Assembly (NCBI GenBank): GCA_963813715.1
Contig: CAWFAK010000017.1
Location: 384,001 to 448,000, forward strand
Length of the DNA: 64,000 bases
Direction of reading: 5' to 3'
Origin: an uncultured Planctomycetaceae bacterium
Lineage (GTDB): Bacteria > Planctomycetota > Planctomycetia > Planctomycetales > Planctomycetaceae
Below are positions 33,246-43,651 of this stretch, piece by piece. Each line of letters begins with the position of its first letter. Positions within the stretch are counted from its first letter, which is position 1. The position numbers and the translations under genes were made by a program. The notes beneath the pieces were generated by a model, which was not told the origin of the DNA, ran no database searches, and was given only the letters and a program-made list of their open reading frames with translations.

Positions 33246-33896
33246 ATGTCGACCCACCAGCCGATGTATCTACTCTACATCCAATCTTCTCCTCGCGGGC
33301 CGAGATCCGTTTCCACCGCCGTGGCCGATGCGTTCCTGCAAGCCTACCGCAGCGTCTGTCGCGAGCTCACGGTGGACACGCTGAACGTGTGGGAGGAGAA
33401 CCTGCCGGAGTTCGACCAAGAGGCCATCGGGGCGAAGTACAAGGGCATCAACAAAGAACCGATGGACCCGGCTGAGACCGCCGTTTGGGACAAAATCAAG
33501 GAGCTAGCGGCACGCTTCCAGCGAGCGGACCGCATCCTGCTCGCTGTGCCCATGTGGAACTTCGCCTACCCGTACAAGCTCAAGCAATTGATCGATCTGG
33601 TCTGCCAGCGGAACATGCTCTTTACCTATGACGGCACGGAGTACGGCCCTTTGCTGAAAACGGGCCGCGCCTGCGTGGTCTATGCGCGGGGCGGAACGTA
33701 CGCGGAAGACTCGCCGACGCCCGCTTCCCGGTTCGACCATCAGAAAGGATACATTGATTTCTGGCTGAAGCTGATCGGAGTCAAGCAGGTCAAAAACCTC
33801 GTGGTGGAAGGCACGACCTGGCCCGAGAAAGAGAAAAGGGAAGAGAGCATCGCACGTGGTCTGGAGGAGGCAAGAAGACTGGGGGCAGATTTCTGA
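33246..33896 (+). CDS. azoR: FMN-dependent NADH azoreductase (AzoR/AcpD family)
   Basis: SSPRGPRSVS, PMWNFAYPYKLKQLID, ARGGTY. Confidence 0.88.
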   Translation: MSTHQPMYLLYIQSSPRGPRSVSTAVADAFLQAYRSVCRELTVDTLNVWEENLPEFDQEAIGAKYKGINKEPMDPAETAVWDKIKELAARFQRADRILLAVPMWNFAYPYKLKQLIDLVCQRNMLFTYDGTEYGPLLKTGRACVVYARGGTYAEDSPTPASRFDHQKGYIDFWLKLIGVKQVKNLVVEGTTWPEKEKREESIARGLEEARRLGADF

Positions 33897-34000
33897 AAGT
33901 TGCCCGGCATTGGTCGCTCAGGCACCTCCTTGCTTCTCGGCTGCAGGTCCTTTGCGGCGTGCCCGCGGAAAGAGTTCCGAGGATCGTGGAGAATCTCAAC

Positions 34001-34717
34001 ATGAGGCTGGACGGAAAACGGGTGGTCATCATCGGTGGGAGTTCGGGGATTGGCCTGGAGACAGCTCGGCTAGCGCTGGCGGAGGGAGCGTTCGTCACCA
34101 TAGCCGGACGATCCGCGGAAAGGCTTCGCAAGGCGGCCACAATCCTCGCTTCGGATCGGTTGCAATCTGTAGTCGCCGATCTATCCGACGAGTCGTCCAT
34201 TCGATCGCTATTCGCCAACGAGGCTCGAGTCGACCATGTCTTCGTGCCTGCCGGGGAGCTTCGGCCGGGTGGCGGCGACGCTTTGAACTGCGATCTGGAC
34301 GGTTTGCGGTCGATTTTGGAGGTCCGGCTTCTGGGTGTGGCCCATGTCGTGCGGCAGGCGAAGCCCAGAATGGATGGGGGTTCGATTACGTTGATGTCTG
34401 GCCTCTACTCGACGCGCCCGGCCGCCGGAGGCGCGATGGCTGCCGCTGCCGTCGCCGCCGTGGAAGGAATGACCCGTGCTCTTGCCTTGGATTTGGCCCC
34501 AACGCGAGTCAATGCCGTGGCCCCCGGTACGATTGACACGCCGCTCTGGGACTCTTTCGGCTCGCAACGCGACGCGATTCTCGCGCACACAGCCAGGCTC
34601 CCGGTGGGGCGCGTTGGCCGTCCGGAAGAGGTTGCGGCGGCGGTGATATTCCTGATGAGTAATGGCTTCGTCACCGGGGCTGTCTTGCCGGTCGACGGCG
34701 GCGGCGGGCTAGTTTGA
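34001..34717 (+). CDS. Atypical SDR oxidoreductase
   Basis: IIGGSSGIG, RVNAVAPGTIDTP, FVTGAVLPVDGG; the YxxxK motif is replaced by AAAAV. Confidence 0.88.
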   Translation: MRLDGKRVVIIGGSSGIGLETARLALAEGAFVTIAGRSAERLRKAATILASDRLQSVVADLSDESSIRSLFANEARVDHVFVPAGELRPGGGDALNCDLDGLRSILEVRLLGVAHVVRQAKPRMDGGSITLMSGLYSTRPAAGGAMAAAAVAAVEGMTRALALDLAPTRVNAVAPGTIDTPLWDSFGSQRDAILAHTARLPVGRVGRPEEVAAAVIFLMSNGFVTGAVLPVDGGGGLV

Positions 34718-35173
34718 CGGCCCCACTAGCAACAACTCAACAGCAAACCGTTGCTACAAACGAAAAGCGGCTCACCGCAAATCATTGCGACGAGTCGTTT
34801 TGACTGTATCTGCACGCCGGGATTTGAACTCGAATCAAAAACCGTTCCTTTGATGCGCTGCCGTTCAAGCCACTTTGGCGGTCATCATTCAGGCGAGAGC
34901 GATTCCCACAAAACATTTGAGTTCTCGGCACGAAAATCGTGCGTCCAAAAACGTACGAGAATCCGGGACGGCCGGGGCTCTCATCTAACGGTCGTTTTTT
35001 CGGACATTCGCAAGAGGATCGAGTAAGCGAGACTGCCGCCATGTCGAGATCTCCCAGGAGCCGCGCTGAGTCCTCGTCAACCTTGCCAAATGTCCTTTGC
35101 CGCGATGTTTATCCGCCTGCCGTTGCGGTAAAACCAATCCGAGAGGAGCGAGACGCGAGGAACGTTCTTCCGG

Positions 35174-35500
35174 GTGGACGACTCGAAAGCCCAATCGATA
35201 GTCGAGTGTTTTCGGAAACGATGTCCAATGACACCTGTTGGCAATCCATCTCCCGGGGACCGCTTCTGTGTCCTCTTCGAGCATTCATCGGATGCGCACC
35301 TCATCTTCGACGAGACAGGCACGACCGACTGCAATGACGCCTGTGTTGAGCTGCTGAAAGCGGAGGACAAGGCTCAGGTCCTCGCGCAGCACCCCGCGGC
35401 GCTGTCTCCCGAGCTTCAACCCAACGGCATCCGTTCGATGGAAAAGAGCATGGTGATGGACGCTATCGCGAGGACGCGAGGCTATCACCGCTTCGATTGG
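35174..35500 (+). pseudogene. Truncated PAS-domain sensor fragment
   Basis: RFCVLFEHSSDAHLIFD...DCNDACVELL...HPAALSPELQPNG...HRFDW, then breaks off. Confidence 0.65.
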
Positions 35501-35504
35501 GTTG

Positions 35505-35790
35505 GCTCTCAGCCGAATCGCCCGAGAGCAGCTTCGCAACCGCAGTCATGTTGAAGTTGCCGAGGTTCTCATCGATCGCTTTTCGGAAAATGTTTCGTAC
35601 GCTACGGTTGGCATCGATGCTTCTCCCCCAGTTTGCACAGTGTAGCCCAGGTCCTTTTCGACGAGCCGCACCGGAAACGGAGTCTCGAAGTTGCCCGTCA
35701 GCATCGATTCGGCATCACGGGTGACGTGAGGGTTCCACATCGCTGTTGCGGAGACTGCGTCCAATATCTGCTTCGCACTTCGGCATCTTG
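35505..35790 (-). pseudogene. 3' fragment of a beta-hydroxyacid dehydrogenase (3-hydroxyisobutyrate dehydrogenase-like)
   Basis: ILDAVSATA...MLTGNFETPFPVRLVEKDLGY...; after an indel FRKAIDENLGNFNMTAVAKL; the N-terminal Rossmann domain is missing. Confidence 0.65.
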
Positions 35791-35920
35791 TTTGGCCTGC
35801 GCTATGATATCGTGTCGCAAGATTCCGGTTCGATCTTGATTGCGTCAACTGTCCTGAGCGCCGCGACCCTTCCGGCCGCCATTCTGTTGACTCGCGGGTG
35901 ACATTAAGAAGGAGAGCGAC

Positions 35921-37580
35921 ATGAATGCTCGAGTTCAGTTCACCGGACAGTCCGACCCCTGGTCGCGTCGCAGGGCAAAGAAGGCCGCTCGTTTGGCCCG
36001 CATCGCGCCCTGGATGAAGGGAATTGTTCTGGAAACCGGAGCCATGGTCGAGGCGCTGCAAGCGCTGCTTGAACCTGGCGATGCCGTCGCCCTCGAAGGA
36101 GACAACCAGAAACAGGCCGATTTTCTTTCACGATCGCTCGTCCAGGCCGACCCTGCGAAGCTCCATGACCTCCACCTTCTGATCTCGAGCGTCAGCCGGC
36201 CCGAGCATCTGACACTCTTCGAGCGCGGCATCGCCCGGAAAATCGATCTCGCCTTCGCCGGCCCGGAGAGCGTACGCCTGGCGCAACTCCTCGAAGACGG
36301 GAAGGTAGACATCGGCGCCATTCACACCTATGTCGAGCTCTACTCGCGGATGTTCGTGGACCTGATGCCCGACGTGGCGCTGGTTTGCGCCGAGCAGTCC
36401 GACCGCGAGGGCAACCTCTATACCGGCCCGAACACCGAGGACACGCCGACCATCGTCGAGGCGACGGCTTTCCACGACGGGGTAGTCGTAGTGCAAGTCA
36501 ACGAAATCGTGGACAAACTGCCGCGAGTTGACATCCCGGCCTCCTGGGTCGATGTCGTCGTAGTGGCGGATCGGCCTTACCAGGTCGAGCCATTGTTCAC
36601 GCGCGACCCAAGGCTGATCAGCGACGTGCAAATCTTGATCGCCATGCTGGTAATCCGAGGAATCTACGAGCGTCATGGGGTGACGACGCTCAATCATGGC
36701 ATCGGCTTCGACACGGCGGCCATCGAGTTACTCTTGCCGACCTACGGTGAGAAGCTCGGGCTGCGCGGCAAGATCTGCCGCAACTGGGTTCTCAATCCGC
36801 ACCCCACGCTCATCCCTGCGATCGAGAGTGGTTGGGTGGAGAGTATCGCTTGCTTCGGCAGTGAGGTGGGGATGGCCGACTATGTCCGTGCCCGCCCGGA
36901 TGTGTTCTTCACCGGACATGACGGCAGCCTGCGATCGAATCGCGTCCTCGCGCAGCTCGCCGGGCAGTATGCAGTCGACCTGTTCATCGGGTCCACGCTG
37001 CAGATGGATGCCGAGGGAAACTCCTCGACGGTCACCCTCGGACGGCTGGCGGGTTTCGGCGGCGCTCCCAACATGGGGAGCGATGCGCGTGGCCGCCGCC
37101 ACTCAAGCACCGCTTGGCTGGACATGATCACGGGCAAGAGTGACACCGCGCGGGGTCGAAAGCTCGTGGTCCAGGTGGTCGAAACTTTCCACAAGGGCGG
37201 GGAGCAATCGATTGTTGACACGCTGGACGCAGTCGCGGTGGGCAGGAAAGCGCGCATGCCGCTGGCGCCGGTCATGATCTACGGAGACGACGTCACCCAC
37301 CTTGTGACCGAGGAAGGTGTCGCCTATCTCTACAAAACCGAAGGACTCGAGGAGCGGAAGGCGGCCATCGCAGCCATCGCCGGCGCCACGCAGATTGGTC
37401 TGCGGGCCGATCGAAATCGAACCGCCGATCTGCGCTCGCGCGGCCTTGTGGCAACTCCCGAAGATCTTAAAGTCCGTCGAACCGACGCGAGCCGGACACT
37501 GTTGGCCGCGCAGCATCGATGATCTCGTGGCCTGGTCGGGCGGTCTCTATCAACCGCCCGCCAAATTCCGAAGCTGGTGA
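35921..37580 (+). CDS. mdcA: Malonate decarboxylase alpha subunit; frameshift near 37510
   Basis: LEGDNQKQADFLS, GAIHTYVELY, GFGGAPNMG, C-terminal WSGGLYQPPAKFRSW. Confidence 0.97.
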
Positions 37581-37584
37581 GGTC

Positions 37585-38493
37585 ATGAGCCAACTGCTGG
37601 CTATGCCGGGCTCGGTTGAAGTCGTTGAGGACGACGGGGGCGACTTGTCGCCTCTTGAATTGTCAAATCTGGCGGTTTCCGCCCTGATCGAGGAAGCCGA
37701 GTTGACGCCGAAGCCGGCGCTCGTCGACCGCAGAGGCAATGGAGCGCACCACGACCTCGATTTGCCGCTGTTGCGGCGTTCGGCTCAGGCCTTGCAGAGT
37801 GGCTTCGTTGCGCTGGCGCAGGCAGCAGTTGGCGAACCGCCCACACTGCAGCTGCGCGAACAAATCGGACGGATCGGTCGCAGCATGGAGCGACGCATGC
37901 TCGTGGCGACTGGCGGCTGCAATGCTCACCGCGGCGCCATTTGGGCACTCGGTTTACTCGTTGCTGGCGCTGCTCAGTGCCGCTCCGATCGAAACGCAGC
38001 CCGGATTGCGGCGCACGCGGCCGCGCTCGCGCGGTTGCCGGACCGGTTTGCACCCCGTCCGTTGAGCAACGGTGAGCGCGCCCGATTGAGATTTGGCGCA
38101 GCCGGCGCCCGCGGCGAGGCACAAGCGGCCTTCCCGCATGTGATCCAGGTCGGCATTCCGACGCTCCGCGAGGCGCGCGAACGACGGGTGCCGGAAGACT
38201 ACGCGCGACTTGATGCTCTCATGGCCATCATGGCCAGCCTCGACGATACCTGTCTCCTTCATCGCGGCGGGCATGCCGCGCTCCAGGCCGCCAAGGCGGG
38301 AGCCCGAGCCGTACTCGCGGCGGGCGGGACAGCCGCCCCTGCCGGACAGCAACGCCTGCACCGGCTTCATGTCGAACTCATGGCCCGTTGGGCATCGCCG
38401 GGCGGTAGCGCTGATCTGCTGAGTGTCACCCTGTTTCTCGATCGACTTGAGGGCGGATCGCGTCCTGCCAGCTCACATGTAGGAGTCCTGTGA
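37585..38493 (+). CDS. mdcB: Triphosphoribosyl-dephospho-CoA synthase
   Basis: LTPKPALVD, HRGAIWALG, DDTCLLHRGG, SPGGSADLL. Confidence 0.93.
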   Translation: MSQLLAMPGSVEVVEDDGGDLSPLELSNLAVSALIEEAELTPKPALVDRRGNGAHHDLDLPLLRRSAQALQSGFVALAQAAVGEPPTLQLREQIGRIGRSMERRMLVATGGCNAHRGAIWALGLLVAGAAQCRSDRNAARIAAHAAALARLPDRFAPRPLSNGERARLRFGAAGARGEAQAAFPHVIQVGIPTLREARERRVPEDYARLDALMAIMASLDDTCLLHRGGHAALQAAKAGARAVLAAGGTAAPAGQQRLHRLHVELMARWASPGGSADLLSVTLFLDRLEGGSRPASSHVGVL

Positions 38494-38786
38494 TGGAAAC
38501 GCTGAATTTTGAGTATGAGGCAAAGGGCTCACTGACTCGCCGGGCTCATGTCGGCGTTGTCGGCTCCGGCGACCTCGAAGTGCTGATCGAACCGTCCGGT
38601 AAGCCGACTGCCGAAGTCCGCGTACGGACAAGCGTCGACGGCTATACCCAAGTCTGGAAGGATGTGCTCGATCGGTTCTTTGCCCGATTTGGACGCGCTG
38701 CGAGAGTGGAGATCAATGACTTCGGGGCAACGCCCGGGACGGTGACTTTACGTCTCGAACAGGCAGCGGAGGAGGCGCGGTCATGA
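38493..38786 (+). CDS. mdcC: Malonate decarboxylase acyl carrier protein (delta subunit)
   Basis: VGVVGSGDLEVL with the attachment Ser; INDFGATPGTVTLRLEQA. Confidence 0.95.
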   Translation: METLNFEYEAKGSLTRRAHVGVVGSGDLEVLIEPSGKPTAEVRVRTSVDGYTQVWKDVLDRFFARFGRAARVEINDFGATPGTVTLRLEQAAEEARS

Positions 38787-39673
38787 TGCACACCACACAC
38801 GACGACAATCCGATCACCAAAGAGCGCCGGGATCGCTTCCTGAAGCGCCAGAGCATCATCGAGATGCGGGCGCAGCAGCGCGCTCAGGCGATTCTTGATC
38901 CGGGCAGCTTCCGCGAGTTGCTCGGCCCGTTCGATCGAATGGAATCCCCTTGGCTCCCGCTTGAAGGAATTGTTCCTGAGTCGGATGACGGTGTTATCGT
39001 CGCGCGAGGGCAGCTCGGTGGCCGGCCTGCCGTGATCATGGCGATCGAGGGAGCATTCCAAGGGGGTGGCATGGGAGAAGTTTCCGCCAGCAAAATCGCT
39101 GGCGCCCTCGGGCTGGCGCGGCGCGACTGCGAGAGTGGCAAGCCGATCTTGCCAGTGCTTCTGCTGGAAACTGGCGGTGTTCGCTTGCAGGAGGCTAATC
39201 TCGGCGAGGCCGTCGTCGCTGAGATCCATGCCGAAATCATTGCGCTGCGCCGCCAGGTGCCGGTCATCGGCGTCATCAACGGCATGGTCGGTTGTTTCGG
39301 CGGCATGTCGATCACGGCCGGGTTGTGCAGCTATCTGGTGGTCCTCCCGCAAGCGCGGCTTGAATTGAACGGCCCGGAGGTGATCGAGCAGGAGGCTGGC
39401 ATCGACGAGTTCGACGCTAGCGACAAGCACCTGATCTGGAGCCTGATGGGGGGCGAGCAGCGTTACGAAACCGGCTTTGCGGACGCGCTGATCGAGGATG
39501 ACGTGAGTGCGCTGCGGCAGACCCTCCAGTCTCTGGCGGCGCGCGGCGTTCCAGCCCGGCATCGAAGCGAGAACGTTGACGAGTACAGGCGCCGCCTGGC
39601 GAAAATCGACCCGGCCGCGCCGCCCGACGGTCCTGGCCTGCGCCGGATTTGGCCGAAGGGAGAAACGCAATGA
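38783..39673 (+). CDS. mdcD: Biotin-independent malonate decarboxylase beta subunit
   Basis: FQGGGMGEV, ETGGVRLQEAN, NGPEVIEQEAG. Confidence 0.95.
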   Translation: MMHTTHDDNPITKERRDRFLKRQSIIEMRAQQRAQAILDPGSFRELLGPFDRMESPWLPLEGIVPESDDGVIVARGQLGGRPAVIMAIEGAFQGGGMGEVSASKIAGALGLARRDCESGKPILPVLLLETGGVRLQEANLGEAVVAEIHAEIIALRRQVPVIGVINGMVGCFGGMSITAGLCSYLVVLPQARLELNGPEVIEQEAGIDEFDASDKHLIWSLMGGEQRYETGFADALIEDDVSALRQTLQSLAARGVPARHRSENVDEYRRRLAKIDPAAPPDGPGLRRIWPKGETQ

Positions 39674-40497
39674 GCACCACAACATCTCTGTCGAGCCGCG
39701 GACGGACCTGGTTCCAGGCATTGGCCGACAAAGCACAGCCCGTTAACACCGGGCTCGGGAGCGTCGTCGTCGCCGACGCAACCTGGGGAGGTGAACGAGT
39801 GCGCCTGCTCGCGATTGTGCCGGACCCGCAGAATCGCTTTCCCAGAGCCCGGCACGGCGAGCTTGGCCTCGAGGAGGGATGGACGCTCGCCCACCATGTG
39901 CGTGAAGCAGTCGCCGCCGATCGTTCCGGCACGAAGCGGCCGATCATCGCCATCGTCGATGTCCAGAGCCAGGCCTATGGGCGGATCGAGTCGCTGTTGG
40001 GAATCCACCTGTCGCTCGCCGCAGCCGCTGACGCCTATGCGACGGCCCGCATGGCCGGGCATCCGGTCGTCGCATTGATCGTTGGCACAGCCTTGTCGGG
40101 CGGCCTCCTCGCGCATGGCGATCAGGCTCATCGCCTGCTGGCGCTCGACGATCCCCAAGTGGTGATCCAGGCGATGCGCAAGCAATCGGCCGCGCGCGTC
40201 ACGCGGCGGACGGTCGAAGAGCTCGACGAACTCGGTAAAACCATCATTCCGATGGCGTACGACATCCGGCAATTCGCGAAGCTCGGCTTGCTGCACGAAC
40301 TGATCACCGGGGTCGACGCGGACTCCCCGTCAGCCGCCCAGATCGCCCGCGTCAAAGAGCGATTGGCCGCAGCCATCGCAGATATCCGCAAGAATCCCGG
40401 CGACCTGACCAGCCGCCTGAACAATCCCGATGCGAAGGTCCATCGCGCTGCATCGATCGAGGTACGGAGAAGGTTGGCAGAACAATGGAGCGTTTGA
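39670..40497 (+). CDS. mdcE: Malonate decarboxylase gamma subunit
   Basis: RFPRARHGELGLEEGW, IVDVQSQAYGR, SAARVTRR. Confidence 0.95.
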   Translation: MSTTTSLSSRGRTWFQALADKAQPVNTGLGSVVVADATWGGERVRLLAIVPDPQNRFPRARHGELGLEEGWTLAHHVREAVAADRSGTKRPIIAIVDVQSQAYGRIESLLGIHLSLAAAADAYATARMAGHPVVALIVGTALSGGLLAHGDQAHRLLALDDPQVVIQAMRKQSAARVTRRTVEELDELGKTIIPMAYDIRQFAKLGLLHELITGVDADSPSAAQIARVKERLAAAIADIRKNPGDLTSRLNNPDAKVHRAASIEVRRRLAEQWSV

Positions 40498-41165
40498 CGC
40501 CAGGCAGTCCGGCGCCGACTCATGACCTAATCCGGCTGCGTTCGCCGATCAAGCTGGCGGTGGATGCATCGGTGCCAGCTTGGGTTGAGCCGGCGCTCCG
40601 GCAGATTCCCTGGGTGGTTGTCCGCCGCGGGCACATTCGTGACGGGATGATCCCGGTCGGAGTCCGCGGCCCGACGCGATCACACCGGTTTGCGGCCCTG
40701 GTGGCGGTCGCCGAGATTGCCGACCGGCTTTCTCCTGAAGATCTGACGGTTTCGAGTCGTGTCATAGAGCAGAAACGCAAGGACGCGGTGCCGGCCCTGG
40801 CTGCGTTAGACCACGTTCCGGGGCTGCTAGTTCGCTGCGGTTACAGCTGGGGACCCGGCGGGAGTGTCGGCTTTGAGCTCGCGACTGGTATCGCCACGGC
40901 GACTGCCTTGAGCGATCTCGATTTGATTCTTCGCCAGGATCGCCGGCTCGAACCCGATCGAGCGACCGATCTGCTGGCGGCTCTCGCCAAAGCGGCAGCG
41001 CCGGCGCGAATCGACGTGATGCTTGAGACACCGATTGGCGGCGTGCCACTTGCGGATCTCGCTGCAATGCGGGCACAGGTACTCGTCCGGACGCCGTTCG
41101 GTCCTCGCCTTTCGATCGACCCCTGGATGGTGGACGCCGCTACATCATTTGAGGCGGCGTTATGA
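40485..41165 (+). CDS. mdcG: Malonate decarboxylase holo-ACP synthase
   Basis: HDLI, WVVVRR, VGVRG, GSVGFELATG, SDLDL. Confidence 0.93.
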   Translation: MERLTPGSPAPTHDLIRLRSPIKLAVDASVPAWVEPALRQIPWVVVRRGHIRDGMIPVGVRGPTRSHRFAALVAVAEIADRLSPEDLTVSSRVIEQKRKDAVPALAALDHVPGLLVRCGYSWGPGGSVGFELATGIATATALSDLDLILRQDRRLEPDRATDLLAALAKAAAPARIDVMLETPIGGVPLADLAAMRAQVLVRTPFGPRLSIDPWMVDAATSFEAAL

Positions 41166-42130
41166 CAGTTGGGTTCCTGTTCCCGGGACAAGGCGCCCAG
41201 AGCGCGGGTCTGCTTCACGATCTTCCGCAGCATGACGAGGTTAGCCGGACGATCGAGGATGCAAGTCGTATTCTTGCCCTCGACGTCGCTGCCCTCGACA
41301 ACGCCGACGCACTGCGCTCGACTGCCGCGGTCCAGGAGGCACTGTTGATCGCCGGGGTAGCCACCGCCCGCGCCCTAATGGCCGAACATGTCCATCCCGA
41401 TGCCGTGGCAGGCATGTCGATCGGCGCCTTTGGCGCCGCGGTTGCATGTGGCACGCTGTCTTTCGAGGACGCCTTGCCGCTCGTCCGTTTGCGAGGCGAG
41501 CTGATGGAAAAAGCCTTCCCGACCGGCTTCGGCCTCGCCGCCATCGAGGGCCTCGATGAGGTCCGCGTGGAAGGCATCGTGGAACGGACTCGCACTGCGG
41601 AATTGCCAGTCTATATTTCCAACATCAATGCGCCACGGCAGATTGTTGTCGCTGGGAGCGATTCGGCGCTCGTCGCGGTGATGGCCCAAGCTCGTCAACA
41701 AGGCGCGCGCCGTACTCAGCGTTTGGCGGTCGGCGTCCCGTCGCATTGCCCGCTGCTGCAGCCGGTTGCCGATCGCCTGGCGCAGGCAATTGCCAGGCTC
41801 ACTCTTAGGACGCCCACGATGCCCTACATGAGCAATCGGGGCGGCCGCGCCCTCTACGACGCCGAATCCATCCGCCTGGACCTCGCAACCAGCATCGCGC
41901 ATCCGGTCCGCTGGTACAACGCCCTTGAAGTCATGCGCGAGCTTGGAGCGACAGTTTTGATCGAGATGCCTCCGGGTGATGTCTCCACCCATCTCGTGGC
42001 TGAGCAGCTTCCCAGCGTGAGAGCCATCTCGATCGCGGACCACGGGCTCCGCTACGCGACCGTTGTCGCGACCAAGAGTCTGGCGCGCATCGGGCCGGCA
42101 GGAGATTATCCCGGCCCGCGCGCGAGGTGA
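41162..42130 (+). CDS. mdcH: Malonate decarboxylase epsilon subunit (malonyl-CoA:ACP transacylase)
   Basis: FLFPGQGAQ, GMSIG, VPSHCPLL; last gene of the mdc operon. Confidence 0.92.
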   Translation: MTVGFLFPGQGAQSAGLLHDLPQHDEVSRTIEDASRILALDVAALDNADALRSTAAVQEALLIAGVATARALMAEHVHPDAVAGMSIGAFGAAVACGTLSFEDALPLVRLRGELMEKAFPTGFGLAAIEGLDEVRVEGIVERTRTAELPVYISNINAPRQIVVAGSDSALVAVMAQARQQGARRTQRLAVGVPSHCPLLQPVADRLAQAIARLTLRTPTMPYMSNRGGRALYDAESIRLDLATSIAHPVRWYNALEVMRELGATVLIEMPPGDVSTHLVAEQLPSVRAISIADHGLRYATVVATKSLARIGPAGDYPGPRAR

Positions 42131-42472
42131 CCGAATTTCCCGCGATGTTTGAACCCGCCAACGCGCGAGTCGAGGAGCGGCAGCTGGCGTTCAGCTCTGT
42201 AAAACGTTCGAATTCTGCCGCGGATTTCAGCGCGTTTTACGCACTCTCGCCGCACGGGGCCGATTCCGCCAAAACGTTCGAGAATGCGGCACGCGAAACC
42301 GCGTGCCGAAAAACGGATGAGTTTCCGGCGAGGGCAACTTAACGAGCCCGACGTCGGTGACGATTGATCGCCGCGTGCTCGACTGGGAGAGCACCAGAAA
42401 AGTCGGCTAGTTGGAGTTTGCGATGGTCGCAGGCTTGGCGAGCGGCGAGACGCGGACTCGTGAGTGCTGAAA

Positions 42473-43285
42473 ATGGACGCCCACAATTGGAGCATGGCCG
42501 TCGCGGGGCTTCGCAATGCGAAACATGTTGTCGTGTTCAGCGGGGCGGGCATGTCGGCCGAGAGCGGAATTCCGACGTTCCGCGACGCCGACGGCTTTTG
42601 GCAGCGTTTTCCGCCGGAGAAATTTGCGACGTGGAACGGGCTCTGGCGGACGGCGCTCACCGACCCCCACTCCGTCGCCGACTTTGTCCTGAACGTGGTC
42701 GATCCGATCGCCCGTGCCGAGGTCAATCCCGGACATCGAGCGGTGGCCGCCCTGGAACGTCGGGCGAAGACGACCGTCGTGACGCAAAACGTCGACGGTC
42801 TCCATCAAATGGCGGGATCGACTGACGTTCTGGAGATTCACGGCTGCCTGCTGGAAGTCATCGATCGTTTGACGGCCCAAGTGGTTCAACGAATCGATCG
42901 CAGCCAATTGACGCAGATTGCCGACGCGCTCCGCAAGTATGCTGGGAGGCAAAGCTCCCTCGCGTCGTTAGCGGCGGAAGTGCGGAACCACTATCCGCTC
43001 GATGGGCTCGGTCGACATCGACCGAACCTGGTTCTCTTCGGAGACGCGATGGCTGAACCCGCTTGGACCAAAGCGTGCGAGGTCGTCGTCCAGTGCGACT
43101 TGTTTATTTCGGTGGGTACGTCGGGAGAGGTCTATCCCGCGGCCATGCTTCCCGACCAGGCAGCCGAAGCGGGAGCAACGGTCATCACCGTCGATCCCCA
43201 ACCGAGCGGCAACTGCCCGTTGCAAGGGACGGCGGGAACCGTCCTTCCGAAGTTGCTGCACGATGCCTTTGGCGACGATCGCTGA
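42473..43285 (+). CDS. Sir2/CobB-family NAD-dependent deacylase
   Basis: SGAGMSAESGIPTFR, TQNVDGLH, EIHG, RPNLVLFG, VGTSGEVYPAA. Confidence 0.92.
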   Translation: MDAHNWSMAVAGLRNAKHVVVFSGAGMSAESGIPTFRDADGFWQRFPPEKFATWNGLWRTALTDPHSVADFVLNVVDPIARAEVNPGHRAVAALERRAKTTVVTQNVDGLHQMAGSTDVLEIHGCLLEVIDRLTAQVVQRIDRSQLTQIADALRKYAGRQSSLASLAAEVRNHYPLDGLGRHRPNLVLFGDAMAEPAWTKACEVVVQCDLFISVGTSGEVYPAAMLPDQAAEAGATVITVDPQPSGNCPLQGTAGTVLPKLLHDAFGDDR

Positions 43286-43319
43286 ATCTCGATCGCAGAC
43301 CGCTCGATCTCCGTGGTGG

Positions 43320-43640
43320 TCATTTCCGCGTTGCTTCGAGGCCGCGGATTTCCGATTGCGTGCGGTGCATGTGGTCTTCCTCGTGAAAGACGTCGAGATA
43401 GTGAAGAGCGGCCCTCACCGCCGCTTCTGGGCCGCCCGTCTCCACGGTGTGCCAGTTCCGACAGGATCGGCAGCGCTCTGTCTCAGGTGAGACGGCCAAC
43501 GTCGCAATCGTTGCTACGCCTGCTCCCGCCGTCGGACCGGGGCCGGCGAGAACGTGATAGGAGAAATATCGGTCGTAGCTTGGCCGTTCGTGGTCGTCCA
43601 AGCCGAAGTAACTCACCAGACAATCCAAGATCCGATTCAT
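43320..43640 (-). CDS. Hypothetical protein
   Basis: 106-aa ORF with AAGGA RBS just downstream of the channel gene. Confidence 0.55.
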   Translation of the reverse strand: MNRILDCLVSYFGLDDHERPSYDRYFSYHVLAGPGPTAGAGVATIATLAVSPETERCRSCRNWHTVETGGPEAAVRAALHYLDVFHEEDHMHRTQSEIRGLEATRK

Positions 43641-43651
43641 CGCTCATCCTT

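Noticed and set aside
34808..34885. tRNA or tRNA-derived att site (minus strand GAGTTCAAATCCCGG, AGTGGCTTGAACGG)
   Set aside because: T-loop and D-loop-like words are present, but no acceptor or anticodon stem can be formed; probably chance.
42201..42281. Direct repeat AAAACGTTCGA x2, 70 bp apart, between mdcH and the sirtuin
   Set aside because: Only two 11-nt copies; not enough to call a regulatory site.
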